From NCBI GenBank assembly GCA_964019335.1, contig OZ025657.1:310001-374000 (forward strand): DNA of 64,000 bases. The letters run 5' to 3'. The position numbers and the translations under genes were made by a program. Positions within the stretch are counted from its first letter, which is position 1; the number at the start of each line of letters is the position of its first letter. This DNA is from Diplonema japonicum. Taxonomy: Eukaryota; Protista; Euglenozoa: Diplonemea. The notes under the pieces were generated by a model, which was not told where the DNA came from, ran no database searches, and saw only the letters and a program-made list of their open reading frames with translations. Shown one piece after another: positions 1 to 10,409 of the stretch.

Positions 1-729
1 GAATCGAGACTTGTCAAGCTTCGCCTCAAGCCATTCCAGAGTGTCGAAGACAGCCTTGTGGCCATCGAGATACGCTTCCTGCGACTGCGCGAACCCCGCT
101 CTGTACACACCATTGTTGAAGTTGTTGTAAATGCGATCGTCGATTTCTTTGACAAGCTCGTCCTTCCCAGCAGGGTACAGGTCCATGTCCTTGTATGCTG
201 CAGAGGCGTCCGAGAACTCGTCGAACTCCTTGGCGAACATCTCAATGATTTCCGAGCTTTCATTGTTGACGATGACGTTCTTCTCTGTGTCGAACAGAAC
301 CGGAACGGAGTACTTCCCAAGTGTGTCGTTGCTGGCTTCGTAGATCTCGCGAATTGTGGATTTTCCGTGAACGTGGTCTACTGTTGAATCGTCAGACGGG
401 ATGGAGCCGTGCCCCAGAGTGTTCTTTAGGGGTCCTTTGGATTCGTCGTGGAACACCCATCCGCAGTGTTCCTCGTCCTGTCGTGTTCTTTGCCATGTTG
501 GGTGCACGATGCTTACTGAAACGACGGCTTCTAGGCCCAAGAGGCTTCTCACGGTCAGGCATCTTGCGGCCCATGGGCAGGCGTAGGAGGCGTACAGGTG
601 GTACCTCCCCTTCGCCGGGGGGAACTCCTCGCTACCCTTCCTCACGAAGTTTCTGAACGCGGAAGCCGTGCGTTTGAAAGCACCGACCTTCATCTCATCG
701 AGAGCGCTCTGGGCCGCAATCTTGGACAT
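1..729 (-). CDS. Glutathionyl-hydroquinone reductase (GST omega/Xi, ECM4/YqjG family), copy 1; 3' end runs off the window
   Basis: ATG at 729 (MSKIAAQSALDEMKVGAFKRTAS...). Positions 1-729 are nearly identical to 2563-3291, the intact copy; CPWA active-site motif present. Confidence 0.9.
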   Translation of the reverse strand, partial: MSKIAAQSALDEMKVGAFKRTASAFRNFVRKGSEEFPPAKGRYHLYASYACPWAARCLTVRSLLGLEAVVSVSIVHPTWQRTRQDEEHCGWVFHDESKGPLKNTLGHGSIPSDDSTVDHVHGKSTIREIYEASNDTLGKYSVPVLFDTEKNVIVNNESSEIIEMFAKEFDEFSDASAAYKDMDLYPAGKDELVKEIDDRIYNNFNNGVYRAGFAQSQEAYLDGHKAVFDTLEWLEAKLDKSRF

Positions 730-1024
730 TTTTTTGTTTTTGTTGTTGTTAAGAGAATAGCTTTTTTTTTATTTTATTTTTTTATTAACTCCAGCAAAAT
801 TTTCGTGTGTGGGAGGGAAAATCAGAATTCACTTTATTTCACTCCGGCAGAAGGTCAGGACGCAGAGGCAGTAGAAGCAAGTCTCGATCGGGGCTAAGAG
901 AGCAACTGGAACGAGCAATGGACGAGGCATGAGCACGACCACTCTGAACACCATAAGGAATGTGAACAGAGAAGCAGCAGCGGCAGCAGTCCCGACGGAA
1001 TCAATACCGCAGGACACCTAAAGA

Positions 1025-1099
1025 AAATTAGGCCTAGGGGCGAAAAAATTCTGATAGCGTTAAAAATAAGAAATATTATTTCACCCCTGGGCCCAATTT
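1025..1099. repeat. 75-bp inverted repeat / mini-hairpin element
   Basis: aaattaggcctaggggcgaaa (1025-1045) versus tttcacccctgggcccaattt (1079-1099): 21-bp arms with 3 transition mismatches around an AT-rich loop. Confidence 0.7.
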
Positions 1100-1159
1100 A
1101 AGCAAAACCCTCCTAAAATACCTACCAAGGTTCTTTTGGGATAGGCAAGAACCCGACCG

Positions 1160-1490
1160 CACAAGAGGCGGACGACGCCCCCTTCCAAGAGCCACACGAA
1201 AAGGAGTGGACACGCTTTTGTGTGTTTCATAATTATAGGAAGAAAGAAGGACCTGTCCGAAAGAAGAGGATTCTGTTCTCTATTTCAATGACATGAACAA
1301 GCAAGGCTTGCTGCCAGTTCAGTCCGGACGGCTTATTCAAGGCTAAACTCGGTTGTGAAGAGGAATTTCAACAAGCAGTTGCAAGACCACCCCCGACTAA
1401 AGGTCCCTCAAGAGGTACCAAGAAGGCGAGTCAACAAAAAAGGCGAACATCTTTACCAAGAGCAAATGATGGAATTCTTTAGCACCGAGG
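1160..1490 (+). pseudogene. Frameshifted fragment of a tyrosine-recombinase N-terminal (core-binding) domain, Crypton-like element remnant
   Basis: Joining frames gives HEKEWTRFCVFH...EEDSVLYFNDMNKQG/LAASSVRTAYSRLNSVVKRNFNKQLQDHPRLKV/LKRYQEGESTKKANIFTK/EQMMEFF. This resembles the segment preceding the catalytic domain of eukaryotic YR transposon proteins; at least 4 frameshifts. Confidence 0.55.
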
Positions 1491-2069
1491 TATGGCATCG
1501 TCCGCCACGCCTATGCAGCGTTGATGTTCGCAGGAAACATGCACACTGCCGAGGCACAAGTCTTATCCCTTGTGCTAGAAAAGATATTATAGTGGGATTG
1601 TAGAGAATAAAAAAACCTTTTAAAAGTAAAAGTAAAAGAAAGAGGCCGAAAAAAAATAAGAATAAGAAGATAAAGAAGAAGAATGACTTTGCTTATAAAC
1701 CACGCCTGGCGTACAAGCAACTGCAGGCACAGTCTACTTGATTACAGGGGGCGAATAGAACAAACAGCCCGCTTATTTTTAAGAAAAGAAAAACGGGGGA
1801 AACGTTGTGGGGGAGAAAAACGGGAAAAAAAAAAAGAAGAAGAAGAAGAAGAAGAAGAACAAAAAAGAAATCACTTTGGAAACGAAGTGGTAAGCAACGG
1901 TGGCGTGCCTACCTTGTGATGCTCTTAACCTGCTACCCACCGGAGTGCCTAGCTGATGCTTGCATCTTTCAATCCTTTTCAGTAATCCTTTCTGTTCTTT
2001 AAAAAAAAAAAGAAAAAAAAGCTAGTTTATGCGCGAGTGTTAATTCACCTACTCAGGGCAAATCCAGGA

Positions 2070-2200
2070 AAAAAAAAAAAATAATTCTTTACGACTATAT
2101 GTCTTTGTTATTCGCACGAGCAGAAAAAAAGGTTTTTTAAAAAAAGCTGCGAAAGTATTTTGCTCGGTACAAGTTGCATATAGAATATTAAATCATTTCT
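2070..2200. repeat. Dispersed intergenic repeat, copy 1 (copy 2 at ~32335-32440)
   Basis: Exact 19-mer acgactatatgtctttgtt at 2091-2109 and 32358-32376, followed in both copies by tgctcgg(t/c)acaagttgcat...aaatcattt. Confidence 0.75.
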
Positions 2201-2259
2201 TTGAAAAGATAAAAAAAAAAAGGGGGGGGGGAAAAGTGCCGTCATTACACCACACAACC

Positions 2260-3291
2260 TCACGCCTCATACGCCCTAGTCGCACGATCATGAGCAGTTT
2301 CCAAGCTCGTGCCACAAGGAGGGATAATAGCGTAATGGTTAAGGGTAGGGTGCGATGTGAAGTAATGCCTTTGGATGTGGTCGAGGTTCGTGTTCTTGCG
2401 GATCAGCGGGACCTGATACAGATCACGGAGGTAGCCGTACACATTGGGGTACTCTCTGATCATCTTCAGCGAGGTCTTGAAGTACACCACATAAACAGGG
2501 TCAAACCTGACCAGCGTGACATACAATCGAATATCGCTCATGGACATGGTGTCGCCAAGCAGGAATCGAGACTTGTCAAGCTTCGCCTCAAGCCATTCCA
2601 GAGTGTCGAAGACAGCCTTGTGGCCATCGAGATACGCTTCCTGCGACTGCGCGAACCCCGCTCTGTACACACCATTGTTGAAGTTGTTGTAAATGCGATC
2701 GTCGATTTCTTTGACAAGCTCGTCCTTCCCAGCAGGGTACAGGTCCATGTCCTTGTATGCTGCAGAGGCGTCCGAGAACTCGTCGAACTCCTTGGCGAAC
2801 ATCTCAATGATTTCCGAGCTTTCATTGTTGACGATGACGTTCTTCTCTGTGTCGAACAGAACCGGAACGGAGTACTTCCCAAGTGTGTCGTTGCTGGCTT
2901 CGTAGATCTCGCGAATTGTGGATTTTCCGTGAACGTGGTCTACTGTTGAATCGTCAGACGGGATGGAGCCGTGCCCCAGAGTGTTCTTTAGGGGTCCTTT
3001 GGATTCGTCGTGGAACACCCATCCGCAGTGTTCCTCGTCCTGTCGTGTTCTTTGCCATGTTGGGTGCACGATGCTTACTGAAACGACGGCTTCTAGGCCC
3101 AAGAGGCTTCTCATTGTCAGGCATCTTGCGGCCCATGGGCAGGCGTAGGAGGCGTACAGGTGGTACCTCCCCTTCGCCGGGGGGAACTCCTCGCTACCCT
3201 TCCTCACGAAGTTTCTGAACGCGGAAGCCGTGCGCTTGAAAGCACCGGCCTTCATCTCATCGAGAGCGCTGTGGGCTACAACCTTGGACAT
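2260..3291 (-). CDS. Glutathionyl-hydroquinone reductase (GST omega/Xi, ECM4/YqjG family), copy 2, 343 aa
   Basis: Motifs RYHLYASYACPWA, YSVPVLFD, IVNNESSEI, NNGVYRAGFA, RFDPVY and HYFTSHPTLN are typical of GS-hydroquinone reductases. Confidence 0.95.
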   Translation of the reverse strand: MSKVVAHSALDEMKAGAFKRTASAFRNFVRKGSEEFPPAKGRYHLYASYACPWAARCLTMRSLLGLEAVVSVSIVHPTWQRTRQDEEHCGWVFHDESKGPLKNTLGHGSIPSDDSTVDHVHGKSTIREIYEASNDTLGKYSVPVLFDTEKNVIVNNESSEIIEMFAKEFDEFSDASAAYKDMDLYPAGKDELVKEIDDRIYNNFNNGVYRAGFAQSQEAYLDGHKAVFDTLEWLEAKLDKSRFLLGDTMSMSDIRLYVTLVRFDPVYVVYFKTSLKMIREYPNVYGYLRDLYQVPLIRKNTNLDHIQRHYFTSHPTLNHYAIIPPCGTSLETAHDRATRAYEA

Positions 3292-3343
3292 TTTCTTTTT
3301 TTTTGTTTTGTTTTTGAAAAGCTCTTTTTTTTTTTTGAAGAAT

Positions 3344-4491
3344 CATAGCCTGCACGTTATAACGCAAGCATAACGTTATCAAATTGATATTTTAAAATAC
3401 CCGGTATCAAATACCATAACGCAAAAAAGGGCCCATAATCTTGTTCCGTACCCGTTATTTTAACGATATCGAATTAAATAACGTTATTTAATTCGTGCAA
3501 ATATTAAAATAACGTTATTTTATTCAATGGATGATCGATGTTGCCAATATTTTTACCAAGACCATTTTCAAAATTTTTTTTTCAAAATCTTTTTTTCAAA
3601 AACCCTATTTTGACGATCTGAGCCCATTCCCACCTCCAAAACCCAAAATAGAGCCCTATTTAAGGCTTTAAATGCAGTTTTGAGAAAATTGGGTTTTAGG
3701 ACTTGTAATCAATATTGGGCCAGGGTCGATTCTTTACCCATATTTCAGGCAAAAAAAAAAAAAAAAAAAAAAAACCATGTATGATATGAATCCGTCCAGA
3801 AAGAATGTGTTCAACATTGCTTTTCTGGAAAATAATCCTTTTCTATGTCGTCTAGTGGGTCGGCTTTGTGTATCTGGGGCCCCCGGGAGACGAATAGAAG
3901 GGTTGTAATGAGTATGGTTTCAATGCTCGCCTCCCATTTTAATTTTATTGACTTTTGATGGAATATCCGCACCAGCACTAAAGAGAGTCCTTGTCTCCAG
4001 ACGTTCCTGCCACCACGGACTGCTCGTGTTGTAAGAACAGGCTTTTACCCTCTGCTTACGATGCAGCGAACAAAGCGCTGTTCCTCATGCATCTCATGCA
4101 TCGTCTGGGGTCCTACTGACTCGGGAATCTCTTCTAAGTATTTTCTGGGGGTAGCCATGCCTTCCAAACACCCACAAGTACCTCTCTAACTTCCTCTTAG
4201 TCTCTATCCCTCCCTGTTGCACTCTTGAAACAGCGTCTTCTCATTCTCCAAATTTTCACCGATTAAAATAACATAAAATAACGCACCCAAAATTCGCCAA
4301 AATTGGGGTGGGCTTCGGATGTTAAGTTACCCATGTTCATGGTCTCCAAATCATATTTTGTGTTTCTGGACCCCATCTCGACATCTGCGGGGGTATAGAG
4401 GACCTCGGCGTGCCCAGGCCAATTTTGCACTATTTAAATACCCGAACCGATTAAAATACCCGATTGGTATCGGTATAACGTGCAGGCTATG
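3344..4491. mobile_element. Non-autonomous TIR DNA transposon, P-superfamily-like (element A, 1148 bp)
   Basis: Perfect 18-bp TIRs catagcctgcacgttata (3344-3361) / tataacgtgcaggctatg (4474-4491). 7-bp TSD gaagaat at 3337-3343 and 4492-4498. CANRG terminus with a 7-bp TSD fits P-type elements. Subterminal ATAACG/CGTTAT repeats. Confidence 0.85.
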
Positions 4492-4505
4492 GAAGAATGT
4501 AAAAG

Positions 4506-4545
<40 letters not shown>

Positions 4546-4749
4546 ACCCATTGAAGAAAATAGAGAAAATTAAAAAAAAAAAAGGTTATTTCACCGTCAG
4601 CATGTTGACAACCCGCAAACCTAATGTAGTCCACATTTACCAACATGAGGAAAGCAACCCGCTTGAGGGGAGGTTCGCCTGGAAGCCAAAAACCTTGCAG
4701 CCCCAAGAACGGAAAAGAGAAAAAAAAAAGGATGTGAAAGGAGGGGGGT

Positions 4750-4792
<43 letters not shown>

Positions 4793-5415
4793 TGGCGCCG
4801 AGAAGAGAAGGGAGACTTCATCATGAGTCCTCCGGAAAAAACTGTATTTATTTTTCCTTTTTTTCCCTTGTTTTTCTCTTTTTTTTTTCCGCGGGCCAGC
4901 ATGCGGGGGGAGGGCCAGTTTTTAGTGTTTTCCCCCCCTCCCCTGCGCATTTTTTACATTTCTTGCTTTCCCCTTCCCCCTCTTTTTTTTCCTTCCTTTT
5001 TTTCTTGGGGCATCAGGTGAAATAAGGAAGAAATAAAAAATAATAAATAATAATAATACACAGTGTCCAGGGTTAACCGATCACCTTCGGGTTTTGAAAC
5101 CCGACCCGAGCAATTTTAGATTTTCGATCACAGTCGGGTTTATGATCGGTTTTTTTCTAATTTCGGATCGGTCTGATCGGTTTTTTTTAATTTCGGATCG
5201 GTTTATGATCGGTTTTTTTCTAGTTTCGGATCGGTTTGATCGATCCAAAACCCATATTTCTGGCAAAAAATACCAAGACCATGCTCAAAAATTCTTTTTT
5301 CTAAAAACCCTATTTTGACGATCTGAGCCCATTCCAGCCATCAAAACCCAAAATAGAGCCTTATTTAAGGCCTTAAATGCAGTTTTGAAAAAACTGGTAC
5401 TTTTTTATACAACTG

Positions 5416-5898
5416 GTGGCCCATGCCAAAAGGAGGAAATTAAGCTCCTACGGCACCAAGGGCACACTTGCTAGCAGGATCGCTGCTGACAAGGCTAAGA
5501 ACGGTGGGGAGGACACCGATAACGCAAGCCCGGAAGTCAAGAAGCGGGGGCGCGCACCCCTTCCACAAACGGTGGAGGTGAAGAACTCAGCGGCTCAGTT
5601 GAGGGTGCTAAGCCAGCCTACACTCCAAGACGCACCTCCCAAAACCGTACCTGCGGAAGATACGCCGGAGCACATCGTTTTCACTAACCTTGTGACCCGA
5701 AACCCCGCCATCGACAGATTCTTCTCCGTGGTGTCTGTCGAAACTCTTTCGGAACCGTCCAGGGGTCTCTTGCGGGGCACCCATGTAATATGGTGCTCCG
5801 TTTGCAAGTCTGCTATTCCGCCTCACACCAGACGTACGAAGGCAGCTGTTGTTCTTGTACCTGAACCAGGACATCGGTGGTGCTCTGTCTTCGTCTGA
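5416..5898 (+). pseudogene. Internal ORF remnant of element B, possibly a transposase N-terminus
   Basis: Basic NLS-like KRRK and KKRGR, and WCSVCK; another frame downstream reads ...RHHVLRH, which could complete a frameshifted zinc finger. No catalytic domain seen; no ATG start. Confidence 0.35.
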
Positions 5899-6151
5899 CA
5901 GGCACCACGTTCTCAGGCACGCCGGGTTGCAAGCAGGGAGGTAAGAAATTGTGCGTTCATCGCTGTGTGCGTGCATTCAGTTCTCTGTGGGTGAACATCC
6001 TGCCTCAACGGGCACGCTTCCGTGTGTCCCATGGAGCTTTTCAAGGCGCCCCCTTACTTTGTGCGTTGCTACTTCCCGTTCAAGTTTCAATGTTTTTCAT
6101 TATTGACTTTCGTGCCCAGTTAAAAACCCGCCAAAAACAGGGAGAATGCCG

Positions 6152-6652
6152 ATTTTCGGGAAAATAATCCTTTTCTAAGTTGTTTCGATGCAGGCGTTGT
6201 GTACCTGGGAGGTCCGGGAGACGAATAGAAGGGTTATAAGTATGGTTGCATGCTCTCCTCCCGTTCTAATTATTGATTTTTGATTTCGCTCCTATTTAAA
6301 CAGAAAAAAGAAGAAAACCCGCCAAAAAAAGCGAAAAAACAGCTTTTCGGGAAAATAATCCTTTTCTAAGTCGTTTTGACGCTCCCTGGGGTCGGCTTTG
6401 TGTATCTGGGGGCCCGGGGGACGAATAAAAGGGTTATTATATGCATGGTTGCGTGCTCTCCTCCCGTTTTAATTATTGACTTTTGATTTCGCTCCCAATT
6501 AGGATCCTGCCTGAAACAGGGAAGCACCAGCTTTTCGGGAAAATAATCCTTTTCTATGTCATTTTGATGCTCCCTGGGGTCGGCTTTGTGTATCTGGGGG
6601 GCCCGGGATACGAATATAAGGGTTTTAAGCATGGTTGCATGCTCGCCTTTCA
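6152..6652. repeat. Three tandem copies of a ~190-bp module inside element B; a fourth copy in element A (~3820-3958)
   Basis: Repeated ttttcgggaaaataatccttttcta...gtgtatctggg...cgaata.aagggtt...atggttgc.tgctc at ~6152, ~6342 and ~6530. Confidence 0.85.
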
Positions 6653-7293
6653 TTTGACGTCAATTTAAAACCCGATTGTAATTAAAAACCCGCGGGTGAT
6701 CGGTTAACCCTGGATACTATGATAATAATAAAAAAGAAACTCTAGGGTTCTGTTAGAGGAAGTTTGAGGAGCATGAAAAAGAATAAAAAAAATTAGAATT
6801 CAGGAGTTTCCCCCCCCCCCCCCCTTTGCCTCAGCAGTCTGCCGTTAGAAAAAAATAAAAACGACAATTTTTCTTTTTTGTTTTTTTTTTTTAAAATGTT
6901 AAAAATGGATCACAGTGTGAATGCGTACGCGCTTGCCTTTATTCTAAATTTTATTTACCCGTAAAGGGGATAGTACTAAGGGGCGGGAAATCAGAAAGGG
7001 GGGAAAATAGAGGAGTGGGTTAATTTATAAATCAACTAACTGCTTGCCAACTGATAGTCTTCATACCGACACCCTGTTCTCCCCCTCCCTCACCATACAG
7101 CTTCCTTTACCGTATTTTATAAAATCGATAGACTACACGTAAAAAACGCTGAGGTCCCATAGCATCTTTCTTTGGTACGTTTTTTTTTTTTTTTTTTTTT
7201 TTTTTTCCCTCTCTAATCCTTCAAAGGATCAAAAAGGCGTCGCCGGCATATTTAATCTTGCCCCAATTAATAGGCTGTGTGAGCCTTTTATTC

Positions 7294-7331
<38 letters not shown>

Positions 7332-8401
7332 ACGACATACCACATAGGAGAATATCATAAAAAGAAACAAAGAGTAACTCGGTCGCTATTGTCATTTTGG
7401 TAAGAAACCCGAGAGAGGGTTAAAAACTCAAAATACAAATACATGCTTTCCAACGTTACGCTGCTGCGACTAGTCAGAGACTCGTTTTTTTGCAAGGGAA
7501 AAAAAAATGTGGGAGGGGAACAGGAAAAGGGGGTTTTTGTCCTTTTTTTTCTTCTTCTTTCTTTTTTCTTCTTAAAAAACGCGTTAAAACCTTTTTTATT
7601 TTTTTTAAAATAAAAAGAGGGGAAGGAAAAAAAAAATTGTCCCGGAGCAACCTTGTGACCAGAGGCGAGGAGTCCCTGGAAGTAAAAAAAAGTAAAAAAA
7701 AAAAAAAATAAATAAAAATAAAAAAGAAGAAAAAAAGAACAATGTGCTGTGACACCTCCACGTAGGGGTGCCAGCACAGCTTTTTTTCTTTCTTTTTTTT
7801 TTTTTTTTTTTCGTCTTCGTTTTTTTTTTTTTTTTTTTTTTTTTTTGCAAAGCCGGAAGAGAACACAAAAAAAAAAAAAAAAAAAAAAAAAAAAGCAGCT
7901 TGGGGGAGAGGGGGAGGGGGAAGTAAATTAAAATACGGCGCTGTCACTAATGTTGGCATAAAAAAAAAAAAAAAAAAAAGAAAAATCTTAAAAAGTCCCG
8001 CTTTTTTTTTTCTTCTTTTTTTTCCTTTGAATAAAAAAAAGATTTTAAAAAAAAAGGATGAAGAGAGAACCAAAAGGCCACCAAGAGACTGACACAAACA
8101 AGGCCACATTTCTGCGTTCTAACTGCTTATCAACCTGCAATTCGGAAAAGCTCTTTTTTCTTTTTTTTTCACCCCCCCTGCCAGAGAGGAGAGGCCTCAT
8201 GTGTTTCGTTGTGTAAGAAAGTTTAAAAAAAAAAAAGAAAAGAAAAAAAAATGATGGAGTAAGGGAGACATAAGTTTTTCTGTCGGAAGATTCCTGACAT
8301 TTTCCAGGTTTCTTTTTTGGACATCGACGTCGATAAAGCTTTCGGTACTTTAAAATAAAAAAAACCATGTTGGGGGGTGGGGATGTTCTCTGGTCTAGTC
8401 C

Positions 8402-8436
<35 letters not shown>

Positions 8437-9651
8437 AGAACCGGAGTAAATCTTCGCGACAGCCAATTCACGCCTTTCAAATACTTAAGAGGAAAAAAAA
8501 AAAAAAAAACTATTCTTTTAAGGTATGCGTTTTTGCGCACACCGGCCGCGCTGCGCTTAGTCCCCGTTGTCCCCGTTCTGGGGGCTCTGGCGGGTTCCTA
8601 CTGCGGTGGTCATGCTGCGGGGCAGCCTTGTCGGTGTCTGCGACAGGTACCTGTCCCGCAAGCCTTCGATGCTACTCATGGTTCGTTCCCGGAGTACTGG
8701 CCTCCTGTCATACCCGTGTGTGGTCGGTCCTCCGATACAGCGTAGGGAGTTGACGCGCTCCACTCGCGAAAAAAAAAAAAAATAGAAGCACATTTGAGAC
8801 TTCTTCCTTTTGTTAATTTAGAAAAAAAAAAAAAAAGGAGACATTTAAGGGTACCTGCGGTATGTGACAGGACGCCTGAAAAAAAAAAAAAGAAAAAAAA
8901 GAAACAAGAACAAAAATAACTTTAAAAAAAAAATACAGCATACAAACCTAATGAGTAGAAAACGGGGAGAACCCAGGGGTGTGTTTTTTCTCTCTCTCTT
9001 TTTTTTTTCCTTCTTTAACCATTATGCGCCCAATTCAGTAGTAAGAGTCCGTTTCCGGGGTGGTGGTGGAATGGAAATATTGGGAGGTAACAAATATCTT
9101 TCAAATGTGTACCTTGTTTCAAAAAATAACCTCAAAGACTTGAGGCCAACCCAAAATCAGAGAGATCCAAAAATCAATTACCCCCCCCCCCAGGGGACGC
9201 AAAAAGGTTAAGCCAGAAAAAAAGGGAGGGGTGAAGGGGGGGGGGGGGGGGGAATGATAATAAAAGGGCGAAGAGAGCAAAAAAAAAGAGGAAAAAAAAG
9301 TTTTCCTTTTAGAAACTGGAGATATGACCGCATTTTTTTTTTTTTTCGCGCTTTTCTGTTCGGCACGGCTTATTTTTTTTTAAGAAAGAAAAACTGCAAT
9401 TATGGTTTGCATCGGGAGATACAATGCAGCTTTGTCACCACCGAAAGATCTTTGCGCTGAACTACGTTTACCCGGCCATACCCCCGCCCAAAAAAAAAAG
9501 AAGAAAAAAATATTGATAAGCGCGCGTGTAGGATGTTCATTTCTTTTTTTTTTTTTTTTTTTTTTTTTTTTCCTTCTTTCTTCTCTTTAAAGTTTCGTTC
9601 CGTTCATTTTTTTTTGTGTAAATTTTCCCCCCCTCTCCCCCCACTCATAAA

Positions 9652-10275
9652 TTACGAATACAAATCCGAGGTCACCAGGCATGTTGTGGGCTTGAATAAC
9701 TGTTTTACGATATCCGGGGGAGTATCTGTCCTGTCTGACCTATTTTTTTTTTTCTTTTCTTTTTCTTTTTTGTTATAAAGTGCATACATTGTTCTGGCAA
9801 GCCCTAAAACAGGTCCAAACGGGTCTGGCTGTGTCTTTCCTTCTGAAACAACCCCAGAAAGTTCCTTTTTTCTGCCAGGAAGCACTGGTGTTAGCGGTGA
9901 AGGCACTATCGGATACTCAAATCTTTTCTCATCCATAACTATTTTAACCGACCCCTGAGGGGTGGATCCGGAAGGAAGAATCAAAGAAGACATCAAATGT
10001 CTTTTCTGTTGGTCTACTTTGTAAATACAGGTGAAGCACTGCTTGACCGGCCTGAGATACCCCATCTTAATCAGGTTGCCTTCTTTTCGCATGCAGTTCG
10101 CGCAGAATACTCCACCGCAGCCTCGGCAGTGGTGCCTCCTCTTGACAAAGTTGAACTTTTTCAAACAGTCTGAACATTCATAAGCCATATCATCTCTTAC
10201 CCAAAGTGGCCGTTGTTCAACACATTCCCGTGGCACTCCCTTGGACTCAGATTCTCGTGTGGATGCTGCACCCAT
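9652..10275 (-). CDS. FYVE zinc-finger protein
   Basis: WVRD...CSDC...FNFVKRRHHCRGCGGVFCANC...CFTC FYVE signature; N-terminal MG, possibly myristoylated. Probable in-frame 48-nt intron at 9740-9787 (GTATGC...AATAG). Confidence 0.88.
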   Translation of the reverse strand: MGAASTRESESKGVPRECVEQRPLWVRDDMAYECSDCLKKFNFVKRRHHCRGCGGVFCANCMRKEGNLIKMGYLRPVKQCFTCIYKVDQQKRHLMSSLILPSGSTPQGSVKIVMDEKRFEYPIVPSPLTPVLPGRKKELSGVVSEGKTQPDPFGPVLGLARTMYALYNKKEKEKKKKNRSDRTDTPPDIVKQLFKPTTCLVTSDLYS

Positions 10276-10409
10276 TTTTTTTTTCTTTTTTTTTTTTCCC
10301 TCCTTTTTTTTTTAAATTTTTTTTTTTTTTTTGTACACACCATACTAGAGAACGAGAAAAAAAGAAAATGGGGGAGTGTAAAAAATATTATTTTCCTTTT
10401 AGGGTGGGG

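Larger units (their letters stand above)
5059..6721. mobile_element. Non-autonomous TIR DNA transposon, P-superfamily-like (element B, 1663 bp)
   Basis: 27-bp TIRs cacagtgtccagggttaaccgatcacc (5059-5085) / ggtgatcggttaaccctggatactatg (6695-6721), 2 mismatches. Flanked by ataataata on both sides, but TSD length is ambiguous inside an (aat)n tract. Subterminal GATCGG repeats at ~5120-5245. Confidence 0.8.

Noticed and set aside
840-1020. Coding-like + strand island upstream of GST copy 1
   Set aside because: No recognisable motif or long frame; probably part of the TE debris but not assignable.
4811-4835. Box C-like ATGATGA in a small minus-strand hairpin
   Set aside because: No suitably placed box D; flanked by homopolymers.
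7355-8540. Poly-Lys/poly-Phe ORFs here and in other intergenic regions, including the (AAAAG)n ORFs at 10197-10754
   Set aside because: They are translations of homopolymers and microsatellites, often from non-ATG starts.
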